Source: the human T2T-CHM13v2.0 reference genome, Homo sapiens. Taken from it: a stretch of 64,000 nt of DNA. Both the position numbers and the translations under genes were made by a program. Where the stretch lies: assembly GCF_009914755.1 (NCBI RefSeq), contig NC_060927.1; one strand, 5' to 3'. The notes under the pieces were generated by a model. That model did no database searches. It was not told the origin of the DNA and saw nothing but the letters and a program-made list of their open reading frames with translations. Positions 27,903-42,980 of this stretch are shown piece after piece. The stretch's first letter is position 1. Each line of letters begins with the position of its first letter.

Positions 27903-28448
27903 GTAAATGATTTCATTGACACCCCTGTTAAGCTTAATAGAAAATTTTATAGATCCCAGTATTCCTGTCATCTCACGGTTTATTTTGTAAAAGAAGCTGA
28001 TGCTGTTAAATTTGGAAGTTAATTCTTGACTTACTTGGGAGAACAAAAAGACTCGTAGAAACCCATAATTGAGAAATATTGGTCATTTCTCCTTTTTTTT
28101 TTCTGTTTGCCCTTGCCAGATGCTGATATTTAGTCTTTATCACATTCAAGGATTTTATTTAATTAGTTTCATTCCAGAATAGCAGAAGGCATAGAAGCTA
28201 GTGTCCTACAGTTTATAATTCCTTCGTTAACAAATTCTTAGGACAGTTTATCGAAGACACTTTTTCACAGGGTGATCCTTCTTTGACATAGTGGGCTAGT
28301 TAGGCTTCTTTTTACTAATATTTATTTTTAATACATTTAGTATTTTTAACAGTGTATTTTAATGTGGTGAATAGGAGAGGTTTTCTGCTTTTTAACTCTT
28401 CTTTTTGAGAGTATAAATTATTTCCCTTCCATTAAAGAAATACCTCCA

Positions 28449-28666
28449 TTTTTTTTTTTTTTTTTTTTTTGAGGGAGTGTCTCACTCCAATGCCCAGGCT
28501 GGAGTGCAGTGGCGAGATCTCTGCTCATTGCAGCCTTGACCTCTGGGACTCAGATGATTCTCCCACCTCAGCCTCCGAGTAGCTGGGACTACAGGCGTGC
28601 AACACTACGCCCGGCTGATTTTTTATATTTTTTGTAGAGATGAGATTTTGCCATGTTGCCCAGGCT
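28449..28666 (-). mobile_element. Truncated Alu
   Basis: Poly(T), antisense right arm and partial left arm. Confidence 0.88.
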
Positions 28667-28944
28667 TCAAATCATTTTTGTTGGTTAAAAATCTTTACAG
28701 AAGCTTGGCAAATTTGGCCACTAACTGTCTTTTGAGAATAATGTTGTTTTTATTCCACTGAGGAGTAAAATATGCAATTAATTAGATTTTTTTCTACAGG
28801 TAAAAAAAATCAATATCGTCTTTTTCACCTGTCGGAAGCAGCATTCATTTACTTAACCTTACACCTGGGAGACTTAGAATAATATAACTCAATTTAGGTG
28901 TGCTATTAAAATGTTGAATATCACCCATCTTGTTTTTTTTACAG

Positions 28945-29022
28945 TTGTTAACAGGCCTTTATAGAGACACTCAGACGTCCATTACTGACAGCTGTGCTGT
29001 ATACAGAGTCAACAATAACAGG
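28945..29022 (+). CDS. SRPRB: SRPRB coding exon 3
   Basis: LLTGLYRDTQTSITDSCAVYRVNNNR; canonical AG/GT; 78 nt. Confidence 0.96.
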
Positions 29023-29807
29023 GTAAGATGTTTGTGGAGTTTTGGAGTCTGACAGTCTTACTTTACTGTGGTGTGTCAGTTAAGGACATTTTTAGGATGA
29101 GTTCATCTGAGGATGTAAGTACCATTTGTAGCTTATTTTTATGGAGAAACATATTCTTTGTGACAAATTCTCTTGACAATCTGTACAGTAGATTTAATCA
29201 TGCCCTCCTCTGCATTGTTGTACCTTAATGTACAGTAATGTTATATCACATTTTATTCTTATTTTTTGTTTCTGTGTCTTCTTTCCAACTTTACAATGAG
29301 TTCTTAAGAGTGGGCATTAAACCTTTTAAGTTTTGAATAGGTAATACATGCACATGGGACAAAAATTCAAAAGGTTAGAAAAGATATTTGGTGAAAAGTA
29401 ATTTTTCCTTTCCTTTCCCCACTACCTAGTTTTCTCCTCAGAAGCAGTGACTTACTTTTTTTTGTATGTAGTCTTCCGGATGTTCTGTGCATATACAAAC
29501 ATGTCTGTATATCCTTTATTGTTGTTTTTTTTTAAATGCTGTTCTGCCCATTATTTTTCTCATACGGCTGATACAACTTGGGCTTTTCTTATTGTCCTAC
29601 ATTTGTATACATAGTACCATCTGGTTGGTTTATGAGCTGCATAGTACTCCACTCTGTTGCTATACCATAAAATTAAATTCTTACTTAATCTGGACCGTGT
29701 TAATAGACATTTAGTTTTGTTATTATAACCTTTGCTTTTACAAACAGTGCTGCAATGGATATCTTACAGAGTATATATGAGTGTATTTCAAATATAAGGA
29801 ATCATGG

Positions 29808-30103
<296 letters not shown>

Positions 30104-30158
30104 ATATAAGGAATCATGGGAAAGACATTTTACATACCTCTGTAACTTCAGAATGTAG

Positions 30159-30507
<349 letters not shown>

Positions 30508-30829
30508 TGAGTGAGTGGAGTGAGGGCTCGTTGGAGGATGTGGATGGATAGATGGATGAATTAGAATTGTGGTTTGAGACCTTTTCTTCTTCTCTTTGTC
30601 TTCTTTCCCCTTTCTCATGCCTCCAGAATTAAAGATTGTAAAGAAAAATAAAGGGACATGTTTTTAAATATCTTAGCGATATCTTTGTTTTTTTTTTCAA
30701 TGATGACACTCTTTGTGGCCCAGACCTTTTTAAACTCCCAAGGATTCAGATTTTGAAATTCCAGGTTTGCAAGATCATCTAGTACCTGCACTAGATTTTT
30801 AACTTAGGATACTCCAGGATATGCTTTAA

Positions 30830-31150
30830 ATCTGTACCTTCTAATATGTAGCCACTGGCCACATGTGACTGTTGAGCACCTAAACTAGGACTAGTCCAAA
30901 TTGAGGCATGCTGTAAGTGTGAAGTACACACCAGATCTTGAAGACTTAGTATGGAAAAAAAGAACGTAAAGTATCATTAATAATTTCTTTTTTTATTACA
31001 TTTTAAAAGATAATATTTTGGATATATTAGATTAAATAACTTAAAATTAATTTTACCAATTTCTTTTTACTTTTTTATTATGGTTACTGGAATATTTAAA
31101 ATTACATATGTGGCTTCTGTTATTCTATATTTCTACTATATTTCTATTCT
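30830..31150. mobile_element. MER33/MER3-type hAT remnant
   Basis: GTAGCCACTGGCCACATGTGACTGTTGAGCAC motif. Confidence 0.55.
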
Positions 31151-32315
31151 ATCAATATTTCTACTGAATATATAGAGCATTTTTCCCTTCCCTCTTCACT
31201 CTTTCTCCTACCCCCTTACGTTTTCGATCTAATCTCTTTAGATAGTAATATACCTAGTAATGTATCTTCCAAATTGCTTAGGGTGTGTGGTATAGTGCTG
31301 CTTTTGAAATGGAGCAGTTAAGTCCCAACCTGGGATCTCCAGACTCTTAACAGTACTTAAAAAAAAAAGAGAGGGACTAATAAAAAACATATTTGTCTAT
31401 AAAGAAATGCACAGGCTATGTGAAAGGTAAGGTCATAATAAACCCAGCTGGAATTGTGTTAAATCTGTGCAGGATACTGATTGCCTGCTTCTGAACTGTG
31501 GGTATGGTTGGCTGTGGATAATGTAGAACATGTAAGAAATGATGGTCTGCTGCATGTACCAGGCCACATCTAAGAGTCTTATTGTTGAGCACAGCCACGT
31601 TTACACTGAATATAAACTTTATTCACCATTCCAGGCCTTGACCTTATATTCAGGAATGGCAGCCTGGCATGGTGAATAGAACTTATTAGGGTGCATCGTA
31701 GATTTGCTCAGTAGGGGCTCAGGAATTGACACAAATGCTGACGGAGTTGGAACAAGTAAATTATATGTCTGGAAGATAAATATTTAAATAATTAGATTAA
31801 GGGTGGAAATGATAAAAGTGTACTTTGTTATAAAGATTGGAGATCCCAGTAAGAGTAATATGCTCTATGAAAAATTGTAAGTTCTTATATTACATTATTA
31901 GTTTATGAGTACTTGTTACTGTTTTCACATTTTTGCTTATACTCATACAGTACTCCTACTTTGCTATACTCACACTGGTTTATCTCCCAAGCCTCAGGTA
32001 GATCATGCTTCCCTGACTCCCCCAGACAGGTTTTTCCTGTACCCTCAAAACATTTATCAGTGTTCTCATTTTATATTTATGTGTAATTTTACATTATGTT
32101 CACCTTTCTCATAAATTTTGCCAGATCAGGAACCGTGTCTTTGGCCACTGTTACATCCCCAGAACGTTGACTAGTGTTTTATGAGTAGAAGATGCTTTGT
32201 GAACATTTGTTTGGTTAATTAGGTACCAGTTTGGTAGCCAATATATGATACTAAAGGTTTATATTGTGAACGTGGAACTGTATTGAAACGTTAATGTTAT
32301 TGCTGCCATCCCCAG

Positions 32316-32398
32316 GGCAATAGTCTGACCTTGATTGACCTTCCCGGCCATGAGAGTTTGAGGCTTCAGTTCTTAGAGCGGTTTAAGTCTTCAGCCAG
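32316..32398 (+). CDS. SRPRB: SRPRB coding exon 4 (DLPGH G3 motif)
   Basis: GNSLTLIDLPGHESLRLQFLERFKSSAR; AG/GT boundaries; 83 nt. Confidence 0.96.
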
Positions 32399-32752
32399 GT
32401 AAGAAGGAAAGAAGTGAAGTGGGCTTGTCTAGGTCTGTATCTGTATATCAAAGCCACTCATGTGATTTGCTCTGGTGGTGTTTGGGAGGCAGCATGGTAT
32501 CCTGTGGTAGACCTTGAGGTGACCTTGGGGTCAGCCAGTTCTGGGTTGCAAGTCCACCTTCACCTGGATGATGAGGATTTTATGGGATTAAAATGCTTAA
32601 AAAGTGTTTTTTAGTGTTTAGGAAATGTTAACCCTTCTTGTCATTGTTACTAAATGTTTGCATTTATTCTGAAGGTGAATTTAATAATGTATATGACTAT
32701 TAAAATCTGAAAAAAGAATTTTAAAGCTGGGATGAATCCTAGCAGTTTTTAA

Positions 32753-33080
<328 letters not shown>

Positions 33081-35331
33081 CATATATATTCTCAAATTAC
33101 GTAAAATTGATGTTTCAAGAAGTACAGAACAATATTTCCATATTTCTTTTAGTGTGTGCTCTGGTGTTACTGACTCTTAAGTTCTTCCCTAAAAAGTCTT
33201 ATGCTGCAGTTTCAGATGCTTCTTTTTTGGTCTCTAACATTAATAAGAACTGAAGAGGAAAATCAGTATGCCACATTTCACTGATTTGAAGACACATTTT
33301 AATATCTCTGAATTTAGAATATATCTTATAGTTGATGGTGTCATAGTTTAATTGGCAGTATTTTCTCTTAGCGGTCCCTAAAATAATGTCTTTAATTGGC
33401 AGCATTTTAGTTTTGATGGAATGAAGTAGTAGATTCTTTGCCTTTTATTGAAGATGTCTAGACTGAAATTTCATTATTGCATCTTTGCCCACAAGATGGT
33501 GGTGATGAACAATTTGTCACAGATAAGAAAATTCCTTGGACAATTGAGACAAATCTAGAGCTGGTAAATTTTGCCATAATTGGGTTTTTATTTCCAATTA
33601 AATGTTTTTTCTTTTTCTATTGCCAGTTCTAAATATTTTATGATTTGCAGTATAACTACTCTGTGATTCATGTATTTTGGGTAAATAAAACATGCAAAAT
33701 ATGAAGATAAAACTTAGTTCAAATAAATTATAATCATGATAACATGCAAGTTGAAAAGACATTTACTATATTGGTATGTGACTTTTTTTTAATCCTACTT
33801 TCTGGCTTCGCCAAGTTTCCCTAGTGGCTATTTTCCCTCTCCTGATTTGAACATATGCTGTTGCTGTTCTTATCATGGTTCCCCTCCCCCATCTTTTAAA
33901 CATTGCCTATTTGATTGTCTGAATCCAATAATATCAGTTTCCTTTTCCTGAACCTTAAACACTTTAACTTTCATCTTCCTCACATCTTCCTTTTATTTAT
34001 GCTCCTTTTTAACCCCCATCCATACTTTTTTTTCCTCTTACATTCAGTGATGAGAATTACCAGGATGCTTATGGTCTTTTGCTCCCCATTGCTTCTTGAA
34101 TTTTACTTCTTCCCTTTAGATTCAGTTTTCCCTCACTGAGTATATCTTTTAGAAGTGTTTCCAGAGAGGGTGATGAGTAGTCAAATGTTTTCAGTCTTTG
34201 TTCATTTGTAACTCTATTTGGCCAGCATTTTGGAATGTCTCTTTTAGCTGAGTGCAGAGTCCTGGGTGGCAGCCGCATCACTCCTGACCTCATCCATCTG
34301 TTGCAGATGAGAATGTTTTTGCCAGTCAGTCTAATTGTCATTTCACTGTAGTAAGTCTGCCTGATTTGACCTTCTATCCAGGGATAGATTTTCTTCTGTT
34401 CAAGGATGGATTTAGCTTTATCATTCTTGGAATTCAGTTGTGCTATTCCAAACCAAAGATTCTCCTCAGTTTTGGAAAATTCTCACCATCGTTTCTCCAG
34501 GTAGTGCTGTTTCCCCATGATCATTTCTCACACTCTGGAATTCTTATGAATGTTATTGAACCTTATTATTTTTGCCTTTCTTGTTTCCTCTCTATCGTAT
34601 CTTCCAGATCTTTCTACTTCGCATATTGTAAGATTCCCTCAGATTTGTTTTCTAGTTTATTACATTATTTTCAGCTGAGCATGATCTCTGCTTAACTTTT
34701 CCATTGATTTATTAATATCATTTACTATATTTGTCTAAAATACTTACCTTTTCAAACCAGCCTGTTTCTTTTTATACTATTCTATTTTTTATTGTAGTTT
34801 GTAGTATTTTCTTAAATAATTTTAAACATTTACTTTATAGATAGCTTTATTATCTTAGTTTTGGGGTGCTGATTATTCTCTTTGGGGTACCAGTTATTCT
34901 CCCTCATAATTATTTTATTCTGTGCCTTGTAATTTTTGCTCCAGAACCTTTCTTCAAGAGTGACACATCATTGATATTGTGGTGGTTCTTTAATCCCGTA
35001 GGATATGAAAGCCTTGCTCCATAAGCGGTTCATAGTTCCTTCTGTTGGGGCCATAGGGCTTCAATAAGTCTGGCCCAATTTTTATGTAAGCCTTTCCCCT
35101 TGGGGGTCTTACACCTGGAGAGAGTATAAATTCATACCCTATATCTGTGTGAGGCAGTGGAGGCCCGCTGTTTCTAAGGGAACTTTTTTTGCAAGCCCCG
35201 ACCTCCCTGAGACTATTTTAAGTTGTAGGCTTTGTGCAGGGCATTCAGTTCTAGCTCCCCAGCTGCATGTTGGCCATTGCATGTCTCTTATCTCCACCTG
35301 GGCATTCAAACCCTTGTCCATAAGGCTTGTA

Positions 35332-35629
35332 TTTTTTTTTTTTTTTTTGAGACGGAGTCTCGCTCTGTTGCCCAGGCTGGAGTGCAGTGGCGCGATCTTG
35401 GCTCGCTGCAAGCTCTGCCTCCCAGGTTTACGCCATTCTCCTGCCTCAGTCCCCTGAGTAGCTGGGACAACAGGCACCCGCCATCACACCAAGCTAATTT
35501 TTTGTATTTTTAGGAGAGACAGGGTTTCGCCGTGTTAGCCAGGATGGTCTCGATCTCCTGACCTCGTGATCCGCCCGCCTCGGCTTCCCAAAGTGCTGGG
35601 ATTACAGGCGTGAGCCACCGCGCCTGGCC
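35332..35629 (-). mobile_element. AluY-like
   Basis: Antisense Alu with TGCAAGCTC and CGCCATTCTC. Confidence 0.94.
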
Positions 35630-35631
35630 GG

Positions 35632-35937
35632 TTTTTTTGTTTTTTTGTTTTCTTTGAGATGGAGTTTCGCTTTGTCACCCAGGCTGGAGTGCAGTGGCAT
35701 GATCTCAGTTCACTGCAACCTTCGCCTTCTGGGTTCAAGTAACTCTTCTGCCTCAGACTCTCAAGTAGCTGGGATTACAGGCTCCCGCCACCATATCTGG
35801 CTAATTGTTATATTTTTAGTAGAGATTGGGTTTCATCATGTTGCCCAGACTTGTCTCGAACTCCTGACCTCAAGTGATCTGCCTGTCTCGGCCCCCCAAA
35901 GTGCTGGGATTACAGGCGTGAGCCACCGCACCCGGCC
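35632..35937 (-). mobile_element. AluS-like, tandem with the preceding Alu
   Basis: Full antisense Alu. Confidence 0.93.
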
Positions 35938-36271
35938 CCCTAAGACCTGTTGTCTGCAGTTTCCCTGGGCTGCTGCACTTTAGCTTTGATATCTCTTTGT
36001 TTCTGTCACATGAGGAGTCCCACTATGGCTGCCTTAGTTCAGGCCCTACCTGGTCACTGTGCTTCTAGTTCAAGCGCCCTCTAAGATTGCTTTGTCTTCC
36101 ATTTAGGCACCAATATTCTTCATAAGACAGAAAAGCATGAACTCCACAGGTCATTGTGTCACGCCTCACTGTCTGACTTGGTTCTCCTTCATTTCCCCAT
36201 CTCCCTGTGTACCAGCTTACCTTGACTTCCCCAGGGAATGTGTTTCACGTATTTGTGGCTTGAACATACTG

Positions 36272-36361
36272 TAGGCTGAGTATCCCTTATCCAAAATGCT
36301 TGGAACCAGAAGTGTTTTGGATTTTAGACTTTGGATTTTTGGATTGGGGATACTCAACCTG
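36272..36361. mobile_element. Tigger4/MER46-type miniature inverted-repeat element
   Basis: TIRs AGGCTGAGTATCCC ... GGGATACTCAACCTG followed by TA. Confidence 0.7.
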
Positions 36362-36788
36362 TACTTTCCAGACAGCCTGTGCCCCAATTTTTGGTCTAGC
36401 TAAGATTCAACTCAACTGTTACATTCTCCTTAAAGTTGCCTTTGACCTGGTCTCATTTAAATGATCTTTCTCTTTATTCCTGTTACACATGTGCATAGTT
36501 TTGTCTTGGCATTTATCATATGGTTCTCTATATGATGATTTGTCTTGGAGGACAGGCATCATTTCTTACTGTCTTTTTTCAGCTTCAGTCATTGATACAC
36601 AGTAGCACTCAATAGTTCCTTGTTAAATGAGGATTTATGTTATATGATAACATATGCACAGACCTGCATGTGTGTCTGCTGAGTGTTAATCACCAAGATT
36701 GACTTTGAAGAAGTTCAGGATAGTTTTTCAAGATAATGATGTCCTGTTACACGTTCACATGCCAGTTTTTCTTGTTTTCTCCCTCCAG

Positions 36789-36925
36789 GGCTATTGTGTT
36801 TGTTGTGGATAGTGCAGCATTCCAGCGAGAGGTGAAAGATGTGGCTGAGTTTCTGTATCAAGTCCTCATTGACAGTATGGGTCTGAAGAATACACCATCA
36901 TTCTTAATAGCCTGCAATAAGCAAG
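36789..36925 (+). CDS. SRPRB: SRPRB coding exon 5 (NKQD G4 motif spans the junction)
   Basis: AIVFVVDSAAFQREVKDVAEFLYQVLIDSMGLKNTPSFLIACNKQ; 137 nt. Confidence 0.97.
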
Positions 36926-38076
36926 GTGCCATCATGTTTTCTTGCAATAATAATTGAGTTTTTTGGGGATTGCTGCTACTAAGAATTATTTCCATTATTT
37001 ACAGTTGTTATTATTGAGGATGAGATACAATTGCTGTAAAGAACTATAAATTGAAGGATTTTTAATCTTAAAATTTATTTCTACTCCTACCTTTTCACCA
37101 GTCTTCTAACCAGAAGACCAAGGAATGATAACCAAGTGACTGCTAACTGATTTTTCTTTGATACAGTGTTTTTTCTGATTATAAATTATTTTACTTTACC
37201 AAGTTAAGTTCATCAGATTGACAATATGTGATATCAGATGCACAGTTTTGCAGGGTGGAGTTTCTGCTTTCAAACAAGTTTACTGTACAGCACATTTTAT
37301 CAAGGGAAGTTTGCTGAAGTTGTTTTCTTTTAACCTGATAACCATTGAAAACTTTTCTAGTAATCCCCAATAAAACTGGGCTTCAGTTCCGTTACCTGTA
37401 CAATAAGACAGACTAGTGGATCTCTTCAGGTCTCTTCCAGATCTGAAATTCTGATTCTATGAAGAGTTCAAGGCATTTCTCAGAAGTGACCAGATAATAT
37501 TGATAATGCCTTATTGGGAATGCAATTAGCGTCATTACCTGACCTCTTTATTTCCCTGATTGAATATAAGGAAGGGAGTTATTGTTTATTTGCCATGGGC
37601 TTTGTGCCAAACCAGAGCTTGTTTCTTACCTTTAGTACACTTAATGCTTTAAACATACCGTCTTAGGATCAATTGGAAACATGCTAAGTTTACTTTAAAA
37701 TGACAGATAGGGCACTGTCTTTTGGCATGTGAAGGCACTTCTCATAATCACAGCACTGGTAGGTTTTCTTTCTGTTAAACTGAGTAAACTTATATGTTTT
37801 GAATTGAAAGGTCTATAAGGTGTGGAGAACTTTAGGGAAAGCTAAAGTCAGTTTTAGGGTCACCAGCATAATATGTTTATAAGCATTATCTTGGGAAAGC
37901 CCCTAGTGCAAGTATAAAGCTTACTTTGATAGAGAAGGAACTAGTGATAAAAGGTCTTTTTTTAAAAAAAGAGAAAAACTTACTGGTTTAAATAGGAATT
38001 TTCCTTCTGTGTAAGAAGTCTTGGGGAAAAAACTCATTCTCGTTTAAACTACAACAGTGTCTTTATTTCTTTACAG

Positions 38077-38131
38077 ATATTGCAATGGCAAAATCAGCAA
38101 AGTTAATTCAACAGCAGCTGGAGAAAGAACT
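38077..38131 (+). CDS. SRPRB: SRPRB coding exon 6
   Basis: (D)IAMAKSAKLIQQQLEKE(L); TTACAG| acceptor, |GTAAGT donor; 55 nt. Confidence 0.96.
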
Positions 38132-39982
38132 GTAAGTGTGAAAGAGGCCTGTTGGTTAATTATATATCTTAACACTTAGACTGTAAGCAGCATATTCATG
38201 TTTCTTTTGTTTGGTTTTATGTGATTATCACAATTATAGACTGAAGATTAGTGTGATAAATATTTGTTAAATAATTTACAAAATAATGGAATCACAAAAA
38301 CTTACTAGGGTGCTTATAGATATTTTAAAATTTCATGGAAAGAAGATTTTTTTGAAACCATAAACTTAATTTATTTTACCATTGTTACTAAATCATTTAT
38401 AGTTGAAAGGTTTTAGAAGCTAAAAAAGTTTACATGCCAACTTGAGAACGGTGTTATTTCAGTGAGTGGAAGTGTTTGTTCACCACTCAATAATGCCTGT
38501 GAAGTGGTATTTAAGGATGCATGTAAATAATAAAAAATAAAAACTGAGAATCAGGAAAAAAGAAATTAAAACATTTAAAAGCCACTTTGGAAATTATTGT
38601 TGACAGAATAAGAACAGAACACTGAGGAAGACTACAAGTCTTTGATACTACATTATAGCTTCTTAGATTGTTAAAATACTTGGCAATATTATATATCCTG
38701 CTTTGAGTGTTTCAAGGTTTGTAAATTGAGCTATAAGCTTTTGAATTTTAAGGCATCTAGCATGTCTTCTGCGTTATGCCAATTTGTAAGAGCTAGCCAA
38801 AAGCTGGTGTAGAAGAAATGATCAACATTTATAGTAAAGCAAGTTATGTTTTCTTATTGCTTTTGTGTAAGGCCTTGAAAAGGATCTGATGAGGAAAAAC
38901 TGTATAAATTCAACTTTTAGAAACTTTTCTCCCCACTATGACTTACTGACTCCCTTATTCATTTAAGAAGCACCTGTAGTGCATCTAGTGGATGCCAAGA
39001 CTGCAGTTGGGAGCAGCTGTAGGAGGAAATGTGTTCCTGTACTCAGGAGCTTAGAGTCTGGTAGAATCTAGTCAGCTTCGGGCATTGGCAAACTCCTGCC
39101 TGGGCCTGCAAGCCAAGAGTAAATCGACATTTTTAAAGGGCAGGTAAAAAACAGAAGAAAAATATGCGACAAAATATTTAATTTCTGGCTCTTTGCAGAA
39201 CAATTTTGCCAGCCCTGCCTATGCCATTTTCAGTGGTTCCTTTCCCGTCTGGAGCTGCGAGTTTATCACCCTGTCCTCCTGTGCTCTTGATGCTCACTCT
39301 CTTGGATTGTATCTGTTGCTGCCATTAGGTTAATAAGGACATTGGAACAATTGGATGGTTGGGTTTTTCTAAAAATTCTCTTGAAATTGTTGGGAATTGT
39401 TTTGGGGAAGCCAAAACTGTCATAATGTTATTTGTGAATCAGTCTTGGGTTATTTTTAACAGTACAGTCCAAGTCTCCCGTGGTTAAAACACATGTTTTC
39501 CATAGGCTGTTTGCTTTTCACTCTATAGACTTAGAGAAAAACAATACAGAAGCCAATCCTTTTTTAAAAGCATTGAAAGGCAATGCTTTCTTAAAAGGCA
39601 GTGAAACAAAATGTTGACAAATTGTAAAGGTTAACATCAGTTAAAATTCGGAATCTGACTAATTTTAATCTCAGATTTATGAGAATTAGGCCCTGTTAGC
39701 TTAGAGGCATTTCATAGTCTCTCAATAACACGGTATATTATATTTACATGGCCTTGTGGCAAAAGCTGAATACATGTTTTACTTTTTTCCTTAAAAAATT
39801 TTTATTGTAAAATATCTTACTTATAATAGTATATATGTCACATGCATTAAGCTTAAAAAATATTAAAATGAATACCTATGTACTCACCACCATGCCTAGA
39901 AGGCCCCTGTTTCTCCCCAAAAGCTTTTCCCTCAAGAGGTCAGCAATATCCAGTTTTGTATTGTTTTTTAAAAATACTTTTA

Positions 39983-39985
<3 letters not shown>

Positions 39986-40017
<32 letters not shown>
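39986..40017 (+). repeat. (TG)n microsatellite
   Basis: About 16 units. Confidence 0.95.
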
Positions 40018-40019
<2 letters not shown>

Positions 40020-40747
40020 CCTTCCTAAACAAGGTATTGCTTAGTTTTGCCTGTGGATTCTTCACTAATTTTGAAGCAACTTTACAGAACAAGAAATGCT
40101 TTATTTTGTAAGAAAGAAGATTGGCAGCATGTATTCCTCTGCTTCTGGATAGCAGAAAGGGGAAGGGGAGGCCGACAAATGAGTGTTGCTTATGCACCCT
40201 TTATTAGGGCCAGCAGGTGGCAGTAAGGGGCCTTACATTGGGAAGGTTTTGGTGGTTAAAGAGGTTGGATAATAGTAATTCTGCCCTAGTTAGATATGAG
40301 AATCTGGAGTTGGTGGATTTCTAAACTCCATATCCAAATAGACTCAAGATAAAAATACATACCCTGTCTACCCACACTTAACTTTCAGAAACTTATGTTT
40401 TTATAACACTTAAAGCATGTATTTTAAAAATATATTTTTAGACGGCTTCATTCAGTAGATCCTCTTAGAAGGGGGCCTTGGGCTGAAAGAAAGTTGGTGT
40501 GACCTGGTCTACTGCTGACCTGCCTTCTAGCCCTGTGAGGTCTGACCCCCCCAGCCCGCCCCACCTACCTCACCTCTCTGTCCAAGAGAGGGACTTATAA
40601 ATGCAAAGGATTATTCAACAATCTTAATAGCATAATTGGCAATTCTATAGTTAAGTTTTAAATGAGTGCTGAAATGTTTAGAAACTAATATGATTTAATT
40701 GCTGTATAAAAATTTTGCCTCCTGACTTCTTTCCTTTTGCCCCACAG

Positions 40748-40961
40748 CAACACCTTACGAGTTACCCGTTCTGCTGCCCCCAGCACACTGGACAGTTCCA
40801 GCACTGCCCCTGCTCAGCTGGGGAAGAAAGGCAAAGAGTTTGAATTCTCACAGTTGCCCCTCAAAGTGGAGTTCCTGGAGTGCAGTGCCAAGGGTGGAAG
40901 AGGGGACGTGGGCTCTGCTGACATCCAGGACTTGGAGAAATGGCTGGCTAAAATTGCCTGA
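40748..40961 (+). CDS. SRPRB: SRPRB coding exon 7 (stop)
   Basis: NTLRVTRSAAPS...LEKWLAKIA*; the seven exons total 816 nt = 271 aa + stop. Confidence 0.97.
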
Positions 40962-42690
40962 GAGGCAGCTCTAAAGCACAAGACCTGGATGTGTGACACA
41001 CAGTTTTGGAAAAAGGTCTGTGGTAGTCTGGAGTTGATGAGGAAGGGGTACAAGATGTGGTTAGAAACATTTCTTTGTTCTGGAAACAAAGTACTGTTGA
41101 AACCAGCTTGGAATTTTTTTTTTTTTTTTTTTTAAGTTCAGTTCTCCCTTATGGCTGCCTTTCAAACAAGTACCTTTTATCTGATGCCTGTATCTTCCCT
41201 TTGTTAAGGTGTAACTTGATGTAGGGTCAAGGTTTTTGTGACAACAGGCAGACTCCACACAGAGAGGATATGATGAGAATATGGCCATCACCTGAAAAGT
41301 TTTCTTATCTTCTGTGCTTTTGGTCCCTGGAAACAAATCCGCCTATGTATGAAGCTAGTTGATTTCCAGTTGCACTATTTCCAGTTGCCTCTGAAGTTCA
41401 CAGGCAATACATTGTCTAGTCCTTTGCGAATTTCTCTGATTTGTGGGCACAGTTATGAAGTTTCCCCACATGTGAAGACAGGTACAAAATAGCAGAGCCA
41501 AGCAGACAGTGGGTCTATTCTTCATTAGCTCAGTGACTTGTCCACACTCGTCTTAGCACTTACGTTTCAAAAGCTTGTCACAAACCCTTGGAGTCATTCC
41601 CAGATAATAGAACTGGAAATGATAAATCCCCTAATGCCAAGGGTCTAGTGTGTTCTTAGTGGTTATACTGGGAAGTGTGTGGAGATTTAGGTGCTGCTCT
41701 GCTGCTCTGGATGGCTGAAGGCTCCTGGGCCATCTTCATGTGCTGCTTGAAGAGCTCCTATTTTGTACTCCTGGCTAGAATGCTGTGGAACAAATACAAA
41801 GTGAAAAAAGTTCTCTGTAGATTTCTGAAGTGCATATTCATTGATGCCAAGAAAAAAAAAAAGTTGCCTTTTTGAAGTGATGTTTTTTGCTGTCTTCTTA
41901 AACACAAGGCTTTTTTGAATGATTAGTATATTTCATGGTAAAGAAAACAGCCTGTCTGGCTCAAAGCAATTAAATAGAATGTAATGGTGAGTACAAATGA
42001 GTGCACATGTCAGGACTCAGGTCTAACTCCTTGTCTCCTGAGCCTAAAGATTGCAACATACACAAGAACACACTCCTATTCCTACCCCACACACTCAGGG
42101 ACAAGCCCAACTAAAGCTTACAAGGAGACCAGGGTGGCTCTGTCCAGGGGAGAAGCCAGTTATGGAACAGTGCATTGAGAGCCATGGTAGGAGAGGCCCA
42201 CAGTTCTCTGGAGCATGCAGCAGGGGCACCCCACCTGGCCTTGAGGATCAGGGGGAGTCAAAGGATAAAGCATGGGGCTGATGACGTCTGAGGGAGTGTG
42301 ATCCTCCATGTATGGCCTCTGCCTGCTGTCTCACATGTCCCTTCTGGTGGTCACTTGGGCTCTAGGAGTATACGTCACCTCAGACCATCTGGCAGAAATA
42401 CTCCAGGCTCCTACCCCAAAGCACATGTCAGCCTTGCTGCTGGAGCACGAAGACAATGTAAATGAAACATGAAATGGAGGAGTTGTGAGACCCTGACCCT
42501 GAGTCCTTACTTGAAAGCTGCTGCTGGTGTTCTGAGTGTCTTTTGGACTCTTATTTCTTGCCCTTTTCCTTATTAGGCAAGCAGTAACTTAGGAAGTAGG
42601 TAAGAGCAATAAATGTGACATGTTATGTCATCATAGTAGGAGCTCATGGGAATAAAAGTCAGTGGCTTGATGCTTCTGTTAGAGGCATGT
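40962..42690 (+). other. SRPRB: SRPRB 3' UTR with poly(A) signals
   Basis: ATTAAA 41969, AATAAA 42608 and 42651, followed by a T-rich tract; the exact end is inferred. Confidence 0.65.
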
Positions 42691-42844
42691 GTCCCTCTCA
42701 GCCTCTTTTATTTTTTTCTGGTTAATATCTTACTTTATTGGAGGAAGCAGCACACCAGAAAAAGTGACTGAAGAAGGGCTGCAAGTTTGAGTTTGATTCA
42801 AGGCCTAAAGAAGGTCTTCCAAAAAAGGATAATTCTATCTGGAA

Positions 42845-42980
42845 CACTGGTCTCAAATGTTAGTGGGCATCAGAATTACCTGCGATGCTTGTTAAACTGA
42901 TTTGAGGACCCTACTCTCAGACAATTTGATTCAATAGCAAGTCTGGTATTGCCTCAGGAATCTGCATGCTTAATAAGTCT
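42845..42980. mobile_element. MER5A-like hAT remnant
   Basis: GCATCAGAATTACCTG...CTTGTTAAA...CAGGAATCTGCAT motifs. Confidence 0.6.
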